Virus record (IMG/VR): IMGVR_UViG_3300023184_000082
Coordinates: 1 to 64,000 of that record
From: a virus
DNA: 64,000 bases
Direction: 5' to 3' (one strand)
In this document: positions 59,101-64,000 of the stretch, piece by piece
Layout: each line of letters opens with the position of its first letter
Position numbering within the stretch: position 1 is the stretch's first letter
Notes under the pieces: model-generated
What the model was told of the DNA's origin: nothing
The model's input: only the letters and a program-made list of their open reading frames with translations
Database searches by the model: none
Made by a program: the position numbers and the translations under genes

Positions 59101-59358
59101 TTGGATGTCAACCAGCCATCACTGGTTGGTGAGAAGGGCCCCGAGATGTTTGTGCCAAACACTGGCGGTTCCGTTGTCCCTGCGTCCAAGACCAAGGAAT
59201 TGCTTGAGGGAAAAGATGGAGACGGATCAGCAAGCAAGGAAGTGTCAGGAAAGATTATTGTAGAATTTGTTGCTGATGGACAAAAAGTTGGCGAAACAGA
59301 ATTGAAATTCAACGGGCCAGATCAACGCATTTCCATCAATCCACGACGCAAGCATTAA
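56116..59358 (+). CDS. Tape measure protein (1080 aa) with C-terminal lysozyme-like domain
   Basis: Ala/Gly/Gln/Met-rich helical; follows the chaperones; FESGG...SSGKGDAGGKSFGAFQL. Confidence 0.85.
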   Translation: MSWQSLLATQAFRGAGKVTGGVMEQLAASQGVAPSQLAAQAREGATGARQQDYDIGQFSRQIKDIGGSLEQLNRSFINAAKGLATTTQENLTMMKIAMRNAGSDPNSTFNAARATQSTMATAFYGGMNRGQYMQNIDALSTSGALGIGNRGTSGAGMSIQGYNQSFTSAGGASGGFGTRVDQYGMASAAMMNSMAQRGAMGINGREINTTLGAVNMAAQRTGNAMLHSVAPGAYAQLEQSAMSGMAQSNPAMMAAYSLARPGLVNQNATDLARAQEEVKSLKDRLSKTTDQGQKDKLTDSLSVQQDQVLKLTERGNILNSKSAGPMGAQAVMESGNQSAQGQMVVAALQSRMKGQDIYADTNRSLIARQQVGAMFGMSQMQVSAIALTERERPKVEEAQRQADEYKKTAFDRTGTRRTREDVEAATYREMESAQVDGSRVQGYARQAGGNQQKLHELIRGDADFDEKSYFDAQNLATRGGSEAQVAAALGTKNMAMFGGDASAAYKQVNLRENTANQVRAEGGGKILGLEWGKQGPARSDRAQENLEAMWSPVIDKSFAPGATVGSVRKEALAAATQSGQSQTWKNALDDQLRAIEKDSSLTTDTQRLDRAREVIKTGTGKGFTNAIVASGERDYGGYGATMRHEQYKASEDATNPLQKSQESAVELDNSFKILGRSANEAALYLGNLRGMVAGANNRLGPQGGSPRAFGGSVFGGLTNIVGERGSEVFVPKTDGTIISNKDMHEGIASKFTSSLASINQAFTNAVRTTRTGGSSGGGAGGATGGGGDSVNVGGDGDYFGKVAATFESGGDPGAVSSGKGDAGGKSFGAFQLSSKTGSLQAFLNKTGYGKQFEGMDLKNPGKEVEAKWKQLASDPEFIKAQSQYAKEKYFDPHMAMLKKNGIDLSGKGRAVDELVLSTANQYGANSSVLMNAFKGKNVSQMEPEEIIRLAQEYKAGSTGSYFASSSEAVRAGVRNRIAKEQQMLLGMTKRAEGGALDVNQPSLVGEKGPEMFVPNTGGSVVPASKTKELLEGKDGDGSASKEVSGKIIVEFVADGQKVGETELKFNGPDQRISINPRRKH

Positions 59359-59369
59359 AAGGAGAATCG

Positions 59370-62300
59370 ATGAGCAGTCAAAATGCCAGCATATCTCCAC
59401 TTCTTCAGCGAATACAAGTGGGAAAATATGACATTACCGAATACGTACTCAGTTGCCAAGTGATGAAAGCCTTGGCAGAACCTGCTGGATTCTTTTCCAT
59501 TTCATTGCGGCCGGAAATTGTCAACGCCGCAATCGTGGATTTTTCAAATATCCAGATTAACGACTTTGTTGAAATCCGCGTGGGAAGAGTACTTGTGGAT
59601 ACACCGGGCGGCAAGGATGCCCCGATTGTCATGCGCGGATTGGTTGATGCCATAGAGATCAGTGAGGACTATGCCCAGGATATGGATGGCACACCGCAAC
59701 GAACCGTCTCCATCAGTGGCCGGGATCTCACCAAGCTGATCATTGACAAGAGCCTGTGGGTGCCACAGGAACAGTGGTCCGACTATTCCTTGGAACGAAC
59801 AAACATGATCCTTGGCCTTGATTCAGCGCTTGATGAAAAAAACTCCGAAACAAATCTGGATCAAAGCGTCTTTCAGGAAATCAAGCCGTGGATTGAAGGA
59901 ATCATGCAGAAGGTATTCAATGATCCGTTGGTCGGAATGGATTTTGGAAACAATGTGCGATTTTCCATTGATGTCAATCTGCCCAAGAATAACAATGCCG
60001 CAGAGCGCGTGAAGGCACAGGCTGGATTCACCCTGAATGGGTTCAAGGGAACCTTGTTCAATTACATTGAAACCTACATTGCCAGACCATTCATGGAAAT
60101 GTTCATTGAGGACTACGAACAGGAAACAAAACTCAAGATCCGTTGGGCACCTTTCCGAGATCGATGGGGCGATTTTCCTCGTCAGGCAACCGAGCACTTA
60201 GGCGGAAAAACAGACGACAAGAAGTGGGCATATGATGGAAATGCGCGATTCTGGTGGGACACCAAACGGGATCCCTACATGTCTGTCATCAACTCGAACG
60301 AAATTCTCAGCAAGAACATACGTCGTCACTCAGGTGATGTCTACACCTATTTCTTCACGACATGGGGTGGATTCACTCCGATGGATCCGAGAGCAGCAGA
60401 CAGGGGAATCTGGGATAGTGCGGAAAAGGAAGTGGCGGAGGAAACGGATACCTTTGTTGCTGGCCCAAGAAAATACCTGAATACCAATCCCCGGTTCAAC
60501 CCGCAATATGATTTCCTTGGAATGAAGAGGTTTGGGCTGAAGCCACTTGTCGTAGCTATTCCTTTCTGGACACAAGACGATGGGAAGGCGGAAGTCAGCG
60601 AAGAACGGGTTGTCGGGGAAGTCGGCGCCCCTGACCTCAGTGGTAGCACCGCATCGGCTTCGACCACGACAACCACCGTATCCTCGCTCTATGCATATAC
60701 CATCAAGAAAGAGAAGAAAGAGATATCTGAGCTTACACTTTACCAGTCACGCACCAAGGATGAAAATAAGAAACTTAACATACACAATCAAGTGAAGACT
60801 GCAGACTCTCCTGTCATCGATGTAAAGATATGGCCCAGAACACCGAAAATAATTTTGCCGGGTCTTAACTTAACATACACAAGACAAAGTTCCAGCCGAG
60901 ACAATGATGTGACCATGACCACTGATACGCCAAAACCTCACGCACGTCTTTCACATCAAACGGCATACTCAACGGATTTTCCTTTGCCAGCTGGGATAAC
61001 AGGAGATCTGAAGGTGTTTGTGGGAATGTATGCGGGTTCCCAACAATATGCTACTGTTATTTTTAGTACGGTAGATAAATCTGGAAATGCAATTCAGGAT
61101 GTTTCCATACCTGTGCATTGGGAGGGATTGAGCCCTCAATCTCTCGATGGAACGACGATCACCATACCCGTTAACGCTGTTGCGGGGAGATTTTCAATAC
61201 CCGGTGTCACTACACTGGATCCACTGCACGTTGCGGCAGACAGCTTCATCGGAGATTTCTATGTCACACATACGGAGAAAAAAACCAGTACGACTACGGC
61301 TGCGTCTGGAACCACGACCTCGACAACAGGTTCTTCCGGCATAAGAGGAAGGGACGCGGCGGTTAAGTGGGCACGAGAAGAGCTTGCAAGGAATCCGTCT
61401 GGATACCTGAGGGCTGGAATGACATATTGCGAAGAGTTCACAAGAAAAGCATTTAATAATACCACAACTTTCTACGCCGATGCCTGGGCCAATGCATCAG
61501 CAAACACGCTGGGCAATCACCTTCAAGACGCTGTGCTTGGAGATCTTGTCTTCTTCGTCAAACACGCTGACAATAAGCAGCATGGACATGTCGCGATCAT
61601 TAGCAAGATAGATGTTGGGAAAGACGGCAAAAAAAATTATTTCATGATCGGCGCATTAAATAGTGGATTAGAAGAAACATCCATTAACCAGAATGACTAT
61701 TGGCGTGGCAAGTTTCATGGTTATGGCACGGGAGAGAAATCCTACGGAGATGGCGTTCGAACCAAAACGGTTTCAACGACAGTTACCGTCCCTGCATCTG
61801 GACTTTCAGTCCCCGCAGGTGGTGGCACAAAGACCGTCATCGTGGATCGCGTCATGAAGGAAGCTGTTTCCGATGAAATCAGCACCCTCCTTGATGATTG
61901 CAATCAATGGATGTACGACACATTGCGACAAATGGACAAGTGTTATGCCGGAAAAATTCGCATCATCGGAAATCCTTTCATAAAGGTCGGCATGGAGCTG
62001 GTCATTGATGATGATGAAACGAATAATTATTCCGCGCAAAAATCATTCAAGAACAGGAATTCGGTGAACTATTCACAAAACATGGAGAAAAGCACAGACA
62101 CCCTTTCCGACAAGAAAGACACTAGGGAGCGGTACTATGTCGAATCCGTTCATCATTCATGGTCTGTATTTCCTCGTCCAAATTTTGTTACCGAGCTGGG
62201 TCTGACAAGAGGAATATTTGTCAGTGGCAAGGATGTTCCATTCGAAATCGGGGACAAGGGCGGATTTGCCGCAGCGAATACCGCATATGGTAACCAAGCA

Positions 62301-62372
62301 GTGAAAAAATTAAGCCAAGCAGAAAAAGACGCCATTAATCCGCCTCTCGTTGCCCCGATTGCCGAACCGTGA
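59370..62372 (+). CDS. Baseplate hub-like protein (1000 aa) with inserted CHAP/NlpC-type peptidoglycan hydrolase
   Basis: AAGGAG SD; N-terminal VMRGLVD...ISGRDLTK and C-terminal GKIRIIGNPFIKVG...YYVESVHH...TELGLTRG; insert with YCEEF...GDLVFF...GHVAI. Confidence 0.8.
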   Translation: MSSQNASISPLLQRIQVGKYDITEYVLSCQVMKALAEPAGFFSISLRPEIVNAAIVDFSNIQINDFVEIRVGRVLVDTPGGKDAPIVMRGLVDAIEISEDYAQDMDGTPQRTVSISGRDLTKLIIDKSLWVPQEQWSDYSLERTNMILGLDSALDEKNSETNLDQSVFQEIKPWIEGIMQKVFNDPLVGMDFGNNVRFSIDVNLPKNNNAAERVKAQAGFTLNGFKGTLFNYIETYIARPFMEMFIEDYEQETKLKIRWAPFRDRWGDFPRQATEHLGGKTDDKKWAYDGNARFWWDTKRDPYMSVINSNEILSKNIRRHSGDVYTYFFTTWGGFTPMDPRAADRGIWDSAEKEVAEETDTFVAGPRKYLNTNPRFNPQYDFLGMKRFGLKPLVVAIPFWTQDDGKAEVSEERVVGEVGAPDLSGSTASASTTTTTVSSLYAYTIKKEKKEISELTLYQSRTKDENKKLNIHNQVKTADSPVIDVKIWPRTPKIILPGLNLTYTRQSSSRDNDVTMTTDTPKPHARLSHQTAYSTDFPLPAGITGDLKVFVGMYAGSQQYATVIFSTVDKSGNAIQDVSIPVHWEGLSPQSLDGTTITIPVNAVAGRFSIPGVTTLDPLHVAADSFIGDFYVTHTEKKTSTTTAASGTTTSTTGSSGIRGRDAAVKWAREELARNPSGYLRAGMTYCEEFTRKAFNNTTTFYADAWANASANTLGNHLQDAVLGDLVFFVKHADNKQHGHVAIISKIDVGKDGKKNYFMIGALNSGLEETSINQNDYWRGKFHGYGTGEKSYGDGVRTKTVSTTVTVPASGLSVPAGGGTKTVIVDRVMKEAVSDEISTLLDDCNQWMYDTLRQMDKCYAGKIRIIGNPFIKVGMELVIDDDETNNYSAQKSFKNRNSVNYSQNMEKSTDTLSDKKDTRERYYVESVHHSWSVFPRPNFVTELGLTRGIFVSGKDVPFEIGDKGGFAAANTAYGNQAVKKLSQAEKDAINPPLVAPIAEP

Positions 62373-62395
62373 TCAAAGACTGACAGTAGGAAAAC

Positions 62396-64000
62396 ATGCC
62401 ACCAAAGACGATGTCTGGAGACTCATTTGCCGATCAGGCGCTCGGTGGACAATCGGCGTTATCGGGAATTGGTCAGCGAAGTGTTCATCATGATGCCACG
62501 CCATCCATGGTGTACGCGAGTGTCGTTGCGGTAAATTACGCAACACATTCCATTGATTGTGTCGGGATGGGATCGGTTCTCAATAACCGCTTCAACAATG
62601 TTGCCGTACTGTCCTCTTCGTTTACCAGCAAGGACGGAACGACAAATCTCCCGGTGATCAAGCGCCCAAGCGGATCGAGGGATCTCGACGCGACAAATCC
62701 TAGCAACGAGATTGACGCAATTGCCGTTCTGGTTTTTGCGCAAAATGATCCAACAAAACCTGTCTGCATAGGATTCCTGTACCCCAAGGAGCAAGGAGAA
62801 GTTCTTTTTGCGGAAGAAGGACTTTCCATAAACAGGCACAACAGCAACGTCTATGAGCGACTGGATAGCAAGGGGAACTGGGAATTCGTTTTCCCTGATT
62901 CAACCTACATGAAAATTGCCCGTACGGATGAGCTTCCCGACATTACCAATCTGACCGCCAAGAATGCAAACAATCCAAGAAGAAAATGGCAGATTGATTA
63001 TGATCACGACCGCATGATCATCCTCTCCCATGCGTTCGGATCGCAGTTGCGACTAGGCAAGGACGGGCTTGGAATCATCGGGGCGCGTCGCGATGGAGTA
63101 ATTGATCCCGCATCGGGTCTGCCAATCAGCACCCAGAACCTTTCATGGTCATTCAATAGCGACGGATCCATCGTTTCAAACTTCACATCACTCTCTTGGA
63201 CAACTCCGAACGGATCAACGTACAACATCGACAAGGATGGGAACATCGTTACCAACATGTCGTTGACGGTAAACAATTCCTTTACCGTCACTGGAACAAC
63301 GAATCTTCCATTTGAAACCTATGTCGATGGAAAGCGGATTGATCTGCTGATCTCCGAGATTGCAAAATGGTACACGGAAAATCATCATCATCAATATTAT
63401 GACAAGTATGGAGAAGGATCGACAGATACCCGATGGACAGATGGCGTGGAGATCACCGACACGCTGACCATTTCTCCTGCCAGCGGAGCCACCACTGGAG
63501 GAACCACTGCCGGAGGAACCACTGCGGATACAGGAACTGGCACTGCAGGAACTGGCACTGCATCCTTGCAGCTTTCAGTTGGCATTGAACCGTCAAAGAT
63601 CCTGTTTGATCTGGTAAGCAGCGAAGGAACATCGGAGTTTGCAGCGCATGCGGATCACGTGCATGGACTTGATGCCCCAGCCACTCCCACGCCTCTCACC
63701 GTCCTTGTTCCCGGTCTTGCTGGCGAAAGCTCAACTCCTGCACGAAGTGATCACAAGCACGAACTGATTGATGTCGCAGGATTGAAGGTTCCCAACATCT
63801 TCACCGCTTTCAACACATTTCAGGCGGGGATACAAGTCACATCGGCAAGCCTGTCCGTAGCATCACGCTGGATGGGAGCCACGGAGAATGGTGCTCCGGC
63901 GACGGGAACGTACAGCAAGGGTGATTTCGTCGTCGATGTAGCAGGATCGTTTTGGATCTGTACTGCCCCAGGCACACCAGGGACGTGGGTGCAGGCAGGA
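62396..64000 (+). CDS. Baseplate spike/gpV-like protein with fibre-like C-terminal extension, partial (>535 aa)
   Basis: Not in the ORF track (no stop). AGGA SD, MPPKTMS...YASVVAVNYATHSIDC OB-fold-like start; HHH, ADHVH and SDHKH motifs; ends WICTAPGTPGTWVQAG in the same frame. Confidence 0.75.
   Translation, partial: MPPKTMSGDSFADQALGGQSALSGIGQRSVHHDATPSMVYASVVAVNYATHSIDCVGMGSVLNNRFNNVAVLSSSFTSKDGTTNLPVIKRPSGSRDLDATNPSNEIDAIAVLVFAQNDPTKPVCIGFLYPKEQGEVLFAEEGLSINRHNSNVYERLDSKGNWEFVFPDSTYMKIARTDELPDITNLTAKNANNPRRKWQIDYDHDRMIILSHAFGSQLRLGKDGLGIIGARRDGVIDPASGLPISTQNLSWSFNSDGSIVSNFTSLSWTTPNGSTYNIDKDGNIVTNMSLTVNNSFTVTGTTNLPFETYVDGKRIDLLISEIAKWYTENHHHQYYDKYGEGSTDTRWTDGVEITDTLTISPASGATTGGTTAGGTTADTGTGTAGTGTASLQLSVGIEPSKILFDLVSSEGTSEFAAHADHVHGLDAPATPTPLTVLVPGLAGESSTPARSDHKHELIDVAGLKVPNIFTAFNTFQAGIQVTSASLSVASRWMGATENGAPATGTYSKGDFVVDVAGSFWICTAPGTPGTWVQAG

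Noticed and set aside
4105-62335. Many 60-290 aa ORFs nested in or antisense to the long plus-strand genes
   Set aside because: They fully overlap well-supported genes, lack SD sites and have non-protein-like composition.
50123-64000. Contractile module as eCIS/tailocin/T6SS (two tubes, VgrG3-like lysozyme)
   Set aside because: Capsid, scaffold, protease and neck genes are contiguous, so a complete phage is more parsimonious.
1-64000. Alternative genetic code (stop reassignment) as in some large phages
   Set aside because: Standard code gives dense, uninterrupted genes up to 12.8 kb, and TAA, TGA and TAG all occur as plausible stops.

Overview
The window is part of a large, strictly lytic-looking tailed phage genome: a myovirus whose structural genes resemble SPO1/Twort-type (Herelleviridae-like) ones. 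No tRNA, CRISPR, integrase, terminase or portal is visible. Layout: (i) 1-3.2 kb, small minus-strand hypothetical genes; (ii) 4.1-40.5 kb, a plus-strand block of very large genes: a 4202-aa protein ending in an intact UvrD/PcrA SF1 helicase, a 4272-aa protein with tandem DprA + NADAR + YspA-like SLOG domains, a 1316-aa protein with an HD domain and a degenerate ADP-ribosyltransferase-like C-terminus, a ~1280-aa low-complexity protein and a DUF559/Vsr-like nuclease; (iii) 40.5-64 kb, morphogenesis: neck proteins, an interposed Rad52/Sak-like gene, prohead protease, scaffold, major capsid, tail terminator, sheath, two paralogous tail tubes, a tail chaperone with a probable +1 frameshift, tape measure with a lysozyme domain, baseplate hub with a CHAP/NlpC domain, and a spike cut by the window end. 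Main hypothesis (inference): the giant and accessory proteins carry, mostly near their termini, the same hydrophobic-x-K-[S/A/G] motif that marks the likely protease maturation site of the capsid and is dense in the scaffold and protease. This suggests a capsid-packaged, protease-matured, co-injected cargo set that protects and repairs the incoming genome and counters ADP-ribose-based defence. All assignments are from motif reading only; no searches were run.
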